40,339 nucleotides of DNA, taken from assembly GCA_035456045.1 (NCBI GenBank), contig DATIDZ010000260.1, forward strand, positions 1 to 40,339, written 5' to 3'. The position numbers and the translations under genes were made by a program. Below, piece by piece: positions 1 through 9,013 of this stretch. Source of the stretch: Caldimonas sp. (GTDB lineage: Bacteria > Pseudomonadota > Gammaproteobacteria > Burkholderiales > Burkholderiaceae_C). Below the pieces are notes generated by a model. That model saw nothing but the letters and a program-made list of their open reading frames with translations. It was not told the origin of the DNA and made no database searches. How positions within the stretch are numbered: position 1 is the stretch's first letter; each line of letters starts with the position of its first letter.

Positions 1-755
1 AGCACGATGGTCGCATCGGCCGCATGGGCGATGCGATCGGCAGCGAGGCCGAAGCGCGCCGCCGGATACCGCCGCGACTCCGCGCTCGCGCCGGGATGGA
101 CGACGACCAGCGGCCGGCCGCGGTCGACGCCGTCACGTGCCAGCCGGGCGGCGACCGCCTCGCGCGCCGCGCTCGGCACCGCAAAGCGCAGGCGCCGATC
201 GGCGGCCGCGAAGCCGACGCTCGCGACGAGCGCGAGCTGGCGCTCGACCTCGTGGCGCATGCCGTCGGCGATCACGTCGCGCTCGGCCACCCAGTCGCTG
301 AGCAGCCCGTACGGGTTCTCGCGACTGTGCGCGAGCCGCAGCGGGATGCCCGCCATGCGGCACGCGAGCGCGGCCGGCAGCGCGCTCTGCGTGCACGTGG
401 TGAGGATGACCGCGGCATCGAAGCGAGCGGCGCGAAGGCGATCGACGAGCTCCGACTCCGCGTGGCCGAGCGACGCGCGGCTGTCGGCCGCGTCGCCCTT
501 GACCCAGGACGCGGCGAACACGATCGCCGCATCGACGTCGGCGAGGAACGGCACGGCCGCGGCGCCCGACGGCGATGCAAGCAGCGTGATCTCCGCGTCA
601 GGAAGTCCCGCGCGCAACGCGGCGATCGCCGGGGTCGACATCAGGACGTCGCCGAGGTTGTCGAGGCGAACGACGAGCAGCTTGCCGACGCGCCGCCATG
701 CGCCGGCCGTCGCTGTGTCGGCGTCGATTGCGGCCGCGGCCGCCGTCCCACTCAA
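1..755 (-). CDS. Glycosyltransferase family 9 (ADP-heptose heptosyltransferase-like), 3' end runs off the window
   Basis: Not in the ORF track because it has no stop in the window. Manual minus-strand translation gives ...KLLVVRLDNLGDVLMSTPAIAALRAGLPDAEITLLASPSG...FDAAVILTTCTQSALPAALACRMAGIPLRLAHSRENPYGLLSDWV..., the GT9 'RLDNLGDVLM' motif. The TTG start at 755 overlaps the upstream TGA (TTGA). Confidence 0.9.
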   Translation of the reverse strand, partial: MSGTAAAAAIDADTATAGAWRRVGKLLVVRLDNLGDVLMSTPAIAALRAGLPDAEITLLASPSGAAAVPFLADVDAAIVFAASWVKGDAADSRASLGHAESELVDRLRAARFDAAVILTTCTQSALPAALACRMAGIPLRLAHSRENPYGLLSDWVAERDVIADGMRHEVERQLALVASVGFAAADRRLRFAVPSAAREAVAARLARDGVDRGRPLVVVHPGASAESRRYPAARFGLAADRIAHAADATIV

Positions 756-1387
756 GACGCCACCTCGATCGGCTCGCGCGAAAGGATGAAGCGCGCGGCC
801 TCGGCCAGGTCGGCGCACGACGCCTCCGGAGACCGGATCGGCGACAGCTTCCATTCCGTCTCGTTGCCGACGTCGAGCAGCACCGAGCGGCAGCCGGCGC
901 GGTGGCCGGCTTCGACGTCGTCGAGGATGTCGCCCACCATCCAGCACTGGGCGAGGTCGAGGCCGTGGGCACGCGCCGCCTGCCGCAGCAGGCCGGGCGC
1001 GGGCTTGCGGCAGAGGCAGCCGATCCGGCCACCGCCGCCCGGCGCGTGCGGGCAGCAATAGATCGCGGCGATCTCGACGCCGCACTCGTCGCGCACGCGA
1101 CGGCGGAGCGCGCTCTCGAGCACGGCGAACTCGCGCCGCGTGAATCGGCCGGTCGCGAGGCCCGGCTGGTTGGTGACGACGATGATCGAGTAGCCCGCGT
1201 CGGCGAGCGCGCGCAGGCCGACGAGCGCCGACGGCGTGAATCGAACCAGCGCGGGGTCGACGTTGTACGGGACGTTCTCGATCAGCGTGCCGTCCTTGTC
1301 GACGAACACCGCGCGGCCCCAGCATGCCGGTGCGATGCCGTTGTCGACGACGCGGGCCGGAGCGCCGATGGCGGTCGGCGCCTTCAC
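752..1387 (-). CDS. HAD-IIIA phosphatase, GmhB-like (D,D-heptose-1,7-bisphosphate phosphatase)
   Basis: C-terminal part of ORF 752..2230: AVFVDKDGTL (DxD), VVTNQPG, YCCPH...CLCRKPAPG, MVGDILDDVEAG. The GTG start overlaps the GT4 stop (GTGA at 1384-1387). Confidence 0.9.
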   Translation of the reverse strand: MKAPTAIGAPARVVDNGIAPACWGRAVFVDKDGTLIENVPYNVDPALVRFTPSALVGLRALADAGYSIIVVTNQPGLATGRFTRREFAVLESALRRRVRDECGVEIAAIYCCPHAPGGGGRIGCLCRKPAPGLLRQAARAHGLDLAQCWMVGDILDDVEAGHRAGCRSVLLDVGNETEWKLSPIRSPEASCADLAEAARFILSREPIEVAS

Positions 1388-2676
1388 GCGGCGCGCCTCG
1401 CCTCGAGGCCGGCGACGGCGTTGAACGCGCGCCGCCAGCGCCGCGTCGACGGCGCCGTTTCCGCGAGCACGTTCTGGTAGACGCCCTCGAGCTCCTCGGC
1501 GACCCGGTCCCACGTGAAGTGCGTCCGCACGCGGCGCGCGCCGGCGCGCCCCATCGCGCGCGCGAGCCGGGGGTCGGCGCGGAGGTGCTCGAGGCGATCG
1601 GCGAGCGCGTCCGGGTCGCGCGGCGGCACCAGGAAGCCGGTGACGCCGTCGACCACCGAGTAGCGCACGCCGCCGACGTCGCTGCCGATGACCGGCCGGG
1701 CCGACGCCATCGCTTCGAGCGGCGTGATCCCGAACGGCTCGTACCACGGCGTCGTGACGAACACGTCGCACGCCGCGTAGTACGCGGCGAGCTCGCTGCG
1801 CTGGCGGTGCCCGGCGAAGGTCACGCGGTCGGCGATGCCGCAGGCGTCTGCCAAGTCGACCAGGCGCTGCATCTCGTCGGAGCGGATCCGTCCCGGCGGC
1901 GCCGCGTCGCCGCCGACGACGAGCAGGCGCGCTGCGTGTCGGTCGCGCAGCCGTGCGACGCCGCGGATCACGTTGTCGACGCCCTTGCGCGGAACCATGC
2001 GACCCAGTTGGAGGACGACGAACTGCGAGTCGTCGAGGCCGAGCGCCCGCCGGGCCGCGCTGCGATCGGCGGGCGCGAACTCGTCGAGGTCGACGCCGCA
2101 CGGCACGGTCGCGATGCGCTCGCGATCGGCCCCGTAGAGGCGCACCAGGTCGATCTCGTCCTGCGGACATTCGGCGATGACGCGCTCTGCCGTGTCGACG
2201 ATGCGGCGCTCGATCTCGAGACGCTCGCACGGGAAGCCGTCGGCGGCGCCCTGGTGCCGGCGTCGCACTTCACCGAGCGCATGGAAGGTCATCACCATCG
2301 GGATGCCGAACGAGGCTCGCAGCTGAAGCGCCACGAGCCCCGACATGAAGAAATTCGCATGGACGAGGTCGTACGGCCGCGACGCGTCGACCCGGCGCAG
2401 GAGCGCGGCGCCGAACTCGGGCATGTGCTGGAGGAGCGCTTCCTTGGCGACGAAGCGGGGCGGGCCGGCGTCGATGTGGATCACGCGCGCGCCGGGCTCG
2501 AGCTCGACGACGGCCGGCAGCGCCGGGTCGTCGCGCCGCGTCACCACGTCGACGCGATGGCCGCGCCGCGCGAGCATGCGCGCGACCTTGTCGACGTAGA
2601 CGTTCTGCCCGCCGGCATCGACGCTGCCGAGCCGGGCGAGCGGCGATGCGTGCTCGCTGATCAGCGCGACTCGCAT
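1384..2676 (-). CDS. Glycosyltransferase family 4 (MshA-like GT-B)
   Basis: MRVALISEHASPLARLGSVDAGGQNVYV, LGRMVPRKG, YEPFGITPLEAMAS, GSDVGG. Start reassigned from the track's 3306 to the ATG at 2676. Confidence 0.92.
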   Translation of the reverse strand: MRVALISEHASPLARLGSVDAGGQNVYVDKVARMLARRGHRVDVVTRRDDPALPAVVELEPGARVIHIDAGPPRFVAKEALLQHMPEFGAALLRRVDASRPYDLVHANFFMSGLVALQLRASFGIPMVMTFHALGEVRRRHQGAADGFPCERLEIERRIVDTAERVIAECPQDEIDLVRLYGADRERIATVPCGVDLDEFAPADRSAARRALGLDDSQFVVLQLGRMVPRKGVDNVIRGVARLRDRHAARLLVVGGDAAPPGRIRSDEMQRLVDLADACGIADRVTFAGHRQRSELAAYYAACDVFVTTPWYEPFGITPLEAMASARPVIGSDVGGVRYSVVDGVTGFLVPPRDPDALADRLEHLRADPRLARAMGRAGARRVRTHFTWDRVAEELEGVYQNVLAETAPSTRRWRRAFNAVAGLEARRAA

Positions 2677-2717
2677 GGCACGTGGCGCGACGCGGCGCCC
2701 CGGGAAGTCGTTTTCAT
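2661..2717 (-). CDS. Possible 18-aa upstream ORF (MKTTSRGAASRHVPCESR) overlapping the GT4 start out of frame
   Basis: ATG at 2717 is preceded by GAAAGACCCACGC, similar to the real starts at 5665 (CAAAGATCCACGCC-ATG) and 35853 (GAAAGACACC-ATG). Confidence 0.3.
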   Translation of the reverse strand: MKTTSRGAASRHVPCESR

Positions 2718-2759
2718 GCGTGGGTCTTTCAATCCTTGAAAGCTGGAAAGCTGCGTTCG

Positions 2760-2774
2760 GCAGATCACATGCCC
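2760..2774 (-). promoter_or_regulatory. Putative sigma-54 promoter for the GT operon
   Basis: Minus strand reads GGGCATGTGATCTGC, i.e. GGCAYG-N4-(C)TGC with correct -24/-12 spacing. Confidence 0.55.
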
Positions 2775-2794
2775 GCGCGACGCGCTGCCGCGGC

Positions 2795-2809
2795 CGGCAC
2801 GTGCGTTGC
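2795..2809 (+). promoter_or_regulatory. Putative sigma-54 promoter for the MFS gene
   Basis: CGGCACGTGCGTTGC matches GGCACG-N4-TTGC exactly and lies 67 nt upstream of the ATG at 2877. Confidence 0.7.
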
Positions 2810-2876
2810 CGCCGTCGCTGTCGGCGTCGCTTCCGGGCGCCCCTGCACGCCGCGAGCGGCACGCCAACGCACCGAG

Positions 2877-4379
2877 ATGCAGCTTCGCCCCGTCTCGTCG
2901 CTTTCCACCGACGACCTCGCCGCCGCGGAGCGATCGCTCGTCGCCGATTCGGCGTGGGCCAGCCTCGCGGGCGCGTGGTCGGGCGGCGTGGTGCTGGCCG
3001 CGTTCGCGGTCGCGCTCGGCGCCGGGCCGCTGGCGATCGGCCTGCTCGCGGCGATCCCGGTCGCGGCGCAGGCGGCGCAGTTGCCGGCGATCGCGCTGAT
3101 CGAACGGCTGCGCGAGCGCAAGCGCCTCGCGGTGGTCGCGCTCGCCCTCTCGCGGCTCGTCCTGCTGGCGATGGCGGCGCTGCCGTTCGTGGCGCAGCGG
3201 CAGCATGCGATCGTCCTGCTCGTCGCGGCGCAGGTCGTGATCGCCATGCTCGGCTCGGTGTCCGCGTGCGCGATGAACGCGTGGCTGCACCAGCTGATCG
3301 CGCCAAGCCGGCTCGCGCCCTTCTTCGCGCGACGGCTGCTCTGGGGAACGCTGCTCGGCGGCATCGGCGCCCTGCTCGCCGGCCAGTGGATCGATCACGC
3401 GCCGACGACCGATCGCCTGCACGGGTTCGCGTGGGTGTTCGCGGCCGGCGCGCTGGCCAGCTTCGTCAGCACCTACTTCGTGGCGCGCGTGCCCGAGCCG
3501 CGCATGGTCGAGGCCGGTCCGCCGGTGTCGCTGCTGGCCGCCTTGCGTCGGCCGCTGGCCGACCAGAACTTTCGCAACCTGCTCAGGTTCCTGGCGTCGT
3601 GGGCGGCCGTCTCGAACGTCGCCGCGCCCTTCCTCACGGTCTATCTTCTTCGCCAGCTCGGCTACAGCCTGGCGACCGTCACCGCGCTGGGTGTCGCGAG
3701 CCAGCTCGCCAACGCCTTCGCGCTCTCTCTGTGGGGGCGGGTCTCGGGTCGCTTCGCCAACAAGAGCGTGCTCGCCGCGGCGCTGCCCGTCTACTTCATC
3801 TGCACGGGCGCGCTCGTCCTGGCCAACCGGCCCGCGCACCCGACGCTGGGCCTGGCGCTGCTGTACGCGCTGCACATCCTGATGGGTGCCGCGACCGGAG
3901 GGATCGCCCTCGCGACTGGCAACCTCAGTCTCAAGCTGGCACCGCAAGGCCAGGGCACGTCGTACCTGGCGGTCGTCGGCATCGTGTCGGCGCTGGCCGG
4001 CGGGGGCGCGCCGCTGGTCGCGGGCGCGATCGCCGAGGAGCTCGCCGACAACGAGCTGGCGATGGTGCTGCGCTGGCTGTCGCCGCAACACACTCACGAG
4101 GTCGTCGTGATCGCGCTCGAGCACTGGGAGTTCCTGTTCCTGCTCTCGGCGCTGGCCGGCCTGTACGTCCTGCACCGGCTCTCGCTCGTGCGGGAAGACG
4201 GCGAGACGAGCGAGCGCCAGGTGATCCAGCAGTTCGCCATCGAAGCGGTGCGCGTGGTCGGCAGCGTGTCGTCGATCGGCGGTGCGATCGGTGGCCTGTT
4301 CGCGTTCCGCCGCCTCAGCGAACGGCGCAGCGCGCGCCGGCAGCGGCGCGGCGAGTCGGCTCACCCCAGCGGGCGCTGA
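2877..4379 (+). CDS. MFS transporter
   Basis: About 12 hydrophobic segments, with LIERLRERK and WGRVSGRFANKSVL loop motifs. Start set at MQLRP (ATG 2877). Confidence 0.85.
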   Translation: MQLRPVSSLSTDDLAAAERSLVADSAWASLAGAWSGGVVLAAFAVALGAGPLAIGLLAAIPVAAQAAQLPAIALIERLRERKRLAVVALALSRLVLLAMAALPFVAQRQHAIVLLVAAQVVIAMLGSVSACAMNAWLHQLIAPSRLAPFFARRLLWGTLLGGIGALLAGQWIDHAPTTDRLHGFAWVFAAGALASFVSTYFVARVPEPRMVEAGPPVSLLAALRRPLADQNFRNLLRFLASWAAVSNVAAPFLTVYLLRQLGYSLATVTALGVASQLANAFALSLWGRVSGRFANKSVLAAALPVYFICTGALVLANRPAHPTLGLALLYALHILMGAATGGIALATGNLSLKLAPQGQGTSYLAVVGIVSALAGGGAPLVAGAIAEELADNELAMVLRWLSPQHTHEVVVIALEHWEFLFLLSALAGLYVLHRLSLVREDGETSERQVIQQFAIEAVRVVGSVSSIGGAIGGLFAFRRLSERRSARRQRRGESAHPSGR

Positions 4380-4496
4380 GCGCGGTCCCTCCGCGGTGTC
4401 ACGGACTTGCACAGCGGCCCACGAGGCGCAGACGTCCGAACGCAGCGGAGCGGCCCCACCGCGGCGCAGCGTTACGACGCGGCGCAGCGGGCTCTC

Positions 4497-4525
4497 CTGC
4501 GGTAGCGCTCCCAGACCGACATAAT
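4497..4525 (+). promoter_or_regulatory. Sigma-70-like promoter of the LacI gene with an embedded autoregulatory operator
   Basis: CTGCGG(4497)-N17-CATAAT(4520). GGTAGCGCTCCC at 4501-4512 is a one-mismatch copy of the 5609 palindrome. Confidence 0.65.
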
Positions 4526-4532
4526 CGCGGCC

Positions 4533-5564
4533 GTGGCCGCCCCCGTTCCTCCGTCACGCAAGAGCCGCCGCGGCAGCGGCGCAGTGACGCTGCACGACGT
4601 CGCCAAGCTGGCGGGCGTCGCGCCGATCACGGCGTCGCGGGCCCTCAACACGCCGGCGCAGGTCTCCGACATGGTTCGCGCGAAGGTCGCCGATGCCATC
4701 GCGCGCACCGGCTACGTCCCGAACTTTCTCGCCGGCGGCCTCGCCTCGCATCGCAGCCGGCTCGTGGCCGCCGTCGTCCCGACGATCTCCGGCCCCGTCT
4801 TCCTGCAGACCATCCAGTCGCTCACCGAGGCGCTGGCCGAGCGCGGCTACCAGCTCATGCTCGGCCAGTCTGGCTACTCGAGCGATCGCGAGGACGCGTT
4901 GCTCGGCGCGATCATTGGCCGGCGCCCCGACGGGATCGTCCTCACCGGCATCGTGCACTCGGCCGAGGGCCGTCGGCGCCTGCTCGCGGCCGCCATCCCG
5001 GTGGTCGAGACGTGGGACCTGACGCCGACGCCGATCGACATGCTGGTCGGCTTCTCCCACGAGGAGGTCGGCCGCAGCGTCGCCGCATTCCTGCACGCCA
5101 AGGGCAGGCGGCGCCTCGCCGTGATCTCGGGCAGCGACGAGCGAGCCTTGCGACGCCAGGCCGCGTTCGCGGCGACGGCGCGCCTGCTCGGCCTTGGCGA
5201 CGTCCGCAGCATCGTCGTGCCGGCGCCGACGACGCTGCGCAGCGGCCGCGCAGCGCTGGTCGAGCTGATGCAGGGCGGCCCGAAGCCCGACGCCGTCTTC
5301 TGCAGCTCGGATCTTCTCGCGCTCGGCGTCATGACCCAGGCGCAGGTCTCCGCCATCGCGGTGCCCAAGCGACTCGCCATCGTCGGCTTCGGCGACCTCG
5401 AGTTCGCCGCCGACGTGCACCCGGCGTTGACGACGGTGCGCATCGACGGCGGCGCGATCGGCCGGCAGGCATCGCAGTTCATCGTCGATCGCGCCGAAGG
5501 TCGGGCCCCCGCGGCCCGGGTGGTCGACATCGGCTTCTCGGTCGTCGAACGCGAGACGACCTGA
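4533..5564 (+). CDS. LacI-family transcriptional regulator (gluconate repressor GntR-like subgroup)
   Basis: VTLHDVAKLAGVAPITASRALN HTH, GYVPN..AGGLAS hinge, DAVFCSSDLLALG, IVGFGD, PALTTV. Confidence 0.95.
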   Translation: MAAPVPPSRKSRRGSGAVTLHDVAKLAGVAPITASRALNTPAQVSDMVRAKVADAIARTGYVPNFLAGGLASHRSRLVAAVVPTISGPVFLQTIQSLTEALAERGYQLMLGQSGYSSDREDALLGAIIGRRPDGIVLTGIVHSAEGRRRLLAAAIPVVETWDLTPTPIDMLVGFSHEEVGRSVAAFLHAKGRRRLAVISGSDERALRRQAAFAATARLLGLGDVRSIVVPAPTTLRSGRAALVELMQGGPKPDAVFCSSDLLALGVMTQAQVSAIAVPKRLAIVGFGDLEFAADVHPALTTVRIDGGAIGRQASQFIVDRAEGRAPAARVVDIGFSVVERETT

Positions 5565-5593
5565 AGGAAGCCCTAGCGGCCGACGGGACTCTC

Positions 5594-5622
5594 TTGCGGA
5601 CTGCAAAAGGTAGCGCTACCAT
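5594..5622 (+). promoter_or_regulatory. Sigma-70 promoter of the sugar-acid operon with a LacI operator GGTAGCGCTACC
   Basis: TTGCGG(5594)-N17-TACCAT(5617). The perfect CG-centred palindrome GGTAGCGCTACC at 5609-5620 overlaps the -10 element. Confidence 0.8.
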
Positions 5623-5664
5623 CACGCACTCGACCTGCCCCTTCACGCCGCAAAGATCCACGCC

Positions 5665-6624
5665 ATGAAGAAACTGCTGACCACGCTCCTCCTCGCCGTC
5701 GCCGCTTCGGGCGCGCATGCCCAGGCCTGGCCGTCCAAGCCCGTCACCCTCGTCGTTCCCTTCCCGCCCGGCGGGTCGACAGACGCGATCGCGCGCGCGA
5801 TCGGGCCGTCGCTCAACAAGACCTTCGGCCAGTCGTTCATCGTCGACAACAAGGCCGGTGCCACCGGCACCATCGGCGCCGCCGCGGTCAAGCGCGCTGC
5901 GCCCGACGGCTACACCTTCCTCGTCACGTCCCTCGGGCCGCTCGTGATCGCGCCGCACCTGATCAAGGGCGTCCAGTACGACGCGCTGAAGGATTTCGAC
6001 CCCATCACGGTCGCTGTGCAGGCGCCCAACGTGCTCGTCGTCCCGGCCGGCTCGCCGCACAAGTCCCTCGCCGACGTCATCGCCCACGAGAAGGCGCAAC
6101 CCGGCAAGATGACCTTCGCGTCGTCGGGCAACGGCTCGAGCGACCACCTCACCGCGGAGCTGTTCTGGCTCGAGAGCGGAACGACCGGCATCCACGTTCC
6201 CTACAAGGGCGGCGGCCCAGCGATCACCGACCTGCTCGGCGGCCAGGTCGACGCGTCGTTCCAGAACGTCAACGCGGTGCTCCAGCACATCAAGAGCGGA
6301 AAGCTGCGCGCCCTCGCCGTCACCGGCGCCAAGCGCTCGCCGGTTCTCCCCGACGTGCCGACGATGGCCGAGGCCGGCGTCAAGAACGTCGACGTGTACT
6401 CCTGGCAGGGCATCGTCGCGCCCAAGGGTTTGCCGGCTGACATCCGCGACAAGTTCCATGGTGCAGTCGTCGCAGCGCTCAACGATCCCCCGGTGAAGCA
6501 GCAACTGACCGGCCTCGGCCTCGAGATCGTCGCCGATACGCCGGCGCAGTTCGCCGCGTTCCAGCAGCAGGAGTACGCGCGCTGGAAGAAGGTGATCGAC
6601 GTCCGCAAGATCACCGCCGACTGA
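5665..6624 (+). CDS. Tripartite tricarboxylate transporter substrate-binding protein (Bug/TctC)
   Basis: Signal peptide, WPSKPVTLVVPFPPGGSTD, NKAGATGTIG, PDGYT, HVPYKGGGPAITDLLGGQVD. Confidence 0.96.
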   Translation: MKKLLTTLLLAVAASGAHAQAWPSKPVTLVVPFPPGGSTDAIARAIGPSLNKTFGQSFIVDNKAGATGTIGAAAVKRAAPDGYTFLVTSLGPLVIAPHLIKGVQYDALKDFDPITVAVQAPNVLVVPAGSPHKSLADVIAHEKAQPGKMTFASSGNGSSDHLTAELFWLESGTTGIHVPYKGGGPAITDLLGGQVDASFQNVNAVLQHIKSGKLRALAVTGAKRSPVLPDVPTMAEAGVKNVDVYSWQGIVAPKGLPADIRDKFHGAVVAALNDPPVKQQLTGLGLEIVADTPAQFAAFQQQEYARWKKVIDVRKITAD

Positions 6625-6660
6625 CGTCGTCGAAGTCCCCTCACTTCATCGACGCCCGCC

Positions 6661-7992
6661 ATGAACCCGTCCACTCCCACGATCAGCGCATTGCGCGTCA
6701 TCCCCGTCGCCGGGCGCGACAGCATGCTGCTCAACCTCAGCGGCGCGCACGCGCCGTTCTTCACGCGCAACCTGCTCGTCCTCACCGACAGCGCCGGCCG
6801 CACCGGCGTCGGCGAAGTGCCGGGCGGCGAGAAGATCAGGAAGACGCTCGAGGAAGCGGCCGAGCTCGTCGTCGGCCAGCCGATCGGCGCGCACCAGCGG
6901 CTGCTGCAGGACGTGCACCAGCGGTTCGCCGACCGCGACAGCGGCGGCCGCGGCCAGCAGACCTTCGACCTGCGCACGACGATCCATGCCGTCACCGCGA
7001 TCGAGTCGGCGCTGCTCGACCTGCTCGGCCAGCACCTCGGCGTGCCGGTCGCGGCGCTGCTCGGCGAAGGCCAGCAGCGCGAGCAGGTCGAGATGCTCGG
7101 CTACCTCTTCTATGTCGGCGACCGATCGAAGACCGACCTGCCCTATGCCAGCGAGCCCGACGCGGCCGACGACTGGCTCCGGCTCCGCCACGAGAAGGCG
7201 CTGACGCCCGAGGCCGTCGTGCGGCTCGCCGAAGCGGCGCACGCGCGCTACGGCTTCAACGACTTCAAGCTGAAGGGCGGCGCTCTGCGCGCCGAAGAGG
7301 AGATCGAGGCGATCGTCGCGCTGCACGAGCGCTTCCCCGACGCGCGCGTCACGCTCGATCCGAACGGCGGCTGGCGGCTCAAGGACGCGATCCGCCTGAT
7401 GCGCGACATGCGCGGCGTCGTCGCCTACGCCGAGGACCCGTGCGGCGCCGAGGACGGCTTCTCGGGCCGCGAGGTGATGGCCGAGTTCCGCCGCGCCACC
7501 GGCCTGCCGACGGCGACCAACATGATCGCCACCGACTGGCGCCAGCTGAGCCATGCGCTCGCGCTGCAGTCGGTCGACATCCCGCTCGCCGATCCGCACT
7601 TCTGGACGATGGCCGGATCGGTCCGCGTCGCCCAGACCTGCCGCGACTGGGGCCTGACCTGGGGCTCGCACTCGAACAATCACTTCGACGTGTCGCTGGC
7701 GATGTTCACCCACGTCGGCGCGGCGGCGCCCGGGCGCGTCACCGCGATCGACACGCACTGGATCTGGCAGGACGGCCAGCGCCTCACGAAGGAGCCGCTC
7801 AAGATCGAAGGCGGCCTCGTCGACGTGCCGAAGAAGCCCGGGCTCGGCGTCGAGCTCGACATGGCCGAGGTCGAGAAGGCGCACCAGCTCTACCTCCGGC
7901 ACGGCCTCGGCAGCCGCGACGATGCGGCAGCGATGCAGTACCTGATCCCGGGCTGGACCTTCGACCCGAAGCGGCCCGCGCTCGACCGCTGA
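6661..7992 (+). CDS. gudD: Glucarate dehydratase (enolase superfamily)
   Basis: [86 protein letters not shown]. Confidence 0.92.
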   Translation: MNPSTPTISALRVIPVAGRDSMLLNLSGAHAPFFTRNLLVLTDSAGRTGVGEVPGGEKIRKTLEEAAELVVGQPIGAHQRLLQDVHQRFADRDSGGRGQQTFDLRTTIHAVTAIESALLDLLGQHLGVPVAALLGEGQQREQVEMLGYLFYVGDRSKTDLPYASEPDAADDWLRLRHEKALTPEAVVRLAEAAHARYGFNDFKLKGGALRAEEEIEAIVALHERFPDARVTLDPNGGWRLKDAIRLMRDMRGVVAYAEDPCGAEDGFSGREVMAEFRRATGLPTATNMIATDWRQLSHALALQSVDIPLADPHFWTMAGSVRVAQTCRDWGLTWGSHSNNHFDVSLAMFTHVGAAAPGRVTAIDTHWIWQDGQRLTKEPLKIEGGLVDVPKKPGLGVELDMAEVEKAHQLYLRHGLGSRDDAAAMQYLIPGWTFDPKRPALDR

Positions 7993-8019
7993 GCGGCAGC
8001 GTCACCCACCGAGACATCG

Positions 8020-8982
8020 ATGAACAAGAGCGTCCTCGCCATCGTCCTGCTCGCCCTCTGCGGCGCCGCCGTCGCGCAGGGCGCGTATCCCGCTCGGCCG
8101 GTGACGCTCGTCGTCCCCTTCCCGCCCGGCGGCGGCACCGACACCGGGGCGCGGATCGTCGCCCAGAAGCTCGGCGCCAAGTGGGGACAGACGGTGATCG
8201 TCGAGAACAAGGGCGGCGCCGCCGGCATGATCGGCGCCGACATGGTCGCCAAGGCCAAGGCCGACGGCTACACGCTCCTGATGGGCAACATCGGCACGCA
8301 GGCGATCAACCCGAGCCTGTACAAGAAGATGCCGTACGACGCCGCCACGGCGTTCGTGCCGGTCTCGCTCGTGGCCGAGCTGCCGCTGGCGATGATGGTC
8401 AATCCCGCGGTGCCGGCGAAGACGGCGCGCGAGTTCATCGCCCTGGCCAAGAGCGAGCCCGGCAAGCTGAGCTACAGCAGCTCGGGCGCGGGCGGCGCGC
8501 CGCACCTGGCCGCCGAGATGTTCAAGGAGGCCACCGGCACCTTCATCGTCCACGTGCCGTATCGCGGCGGCGGCCCGGCCATCGGCGACCTGCTGGCCGG
8601 GCACGTGCAGCTCTCGTTCATGACCGTGCTCGAGGCCAGCGGCCACATCAAGGCGGGCAAGCTGCGCGCGCTCGCGGTCACCGGGTCGCAGCGCGTTCCC
8701 GCGTTGCCCGAGGTGCCGACGCTGGCCGAAGCCGCGCTGCCGGGGTTCAATTCGATCTCGTGGATCGGCGTGCTCGCGCCGGCGGGGACGCCCAAGGAGA
8801 TCGTCGACAAGGTGTCGAGCGACATCCGCGAGGTGCTTCGGTCCGACGACGTGAAGCTCAAGCTGATCGAGCTCGGCGCCGTCCCTGCCGGCACCACCCC
8901 GGCGCAGTTCCAGGCGATGATCGATTCCGACCGCAAGCGCTACGAGCAGGTGATCAAGGACAAGAAGATCTCCGTCGATTGA
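8020..8982 (+). CDS. Second Bug/TctC substrate-binding protein
   Basis: YPARPVTLVVPFPPGGGTD, ENKGGAAGMIG, ADGYTLL, HVPYRGGGPA. Confidence 0.96.
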   Translation: MNKSVLAIVLLALCGAAVAQGAYPARPVTLVVPFPPGGGTDTGARIVAQKLGAKWGQTVIVENKGGAAGMIGADMVAKAKADGYTLLMGNIGTQAINPSLYKKMPYDAATAFVPVSLVAELPLAMMVNPAVPAKTAREFIALAKSEPGKLSYSSSGAGGAPHLAAEMFKEATGTFIVHVPYRGGGPAIGDLLAGHVQLSFMTVLEASGHIKAGKLRALAVTGSQRVPALPEVPTLAEAALPGFNSISWIGVLAPAGTPKEIVDKVSSDIREVLRSDDVKLKLIELGAVPAGTTPAQFQAMIDSDRKRYEQVIKDKKISVD

Positions 8983-9013
8983 CGCCCGGCTCAACCCTTC
9001 ATCCGAGAACACC

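Noticed and set aside
7-2739. Plus-strand ORFs 7..789, 24..1061, 698..1480 and 1324..2739
   Set aside because: Antisense shadows of the GT9/GmhB/GT4 genes; Arg/Ala-rich with no motifs.
4380-4495. Degenerate repeats (CGCGGCGCAGCG twice, AGCGGCCC twice) after the MFS gene
   Set aside because: Short, GC-only and irregularly spaced; not a CRISPR array, and no REP-like copies seen elsewhere in the window.
2675-5668. 997-aa plus-strand ORF
   Set aside because: Off-frame, Arg/Gly/Pro-rich read-through over the MFS and LacI genes, expected at this GC content.
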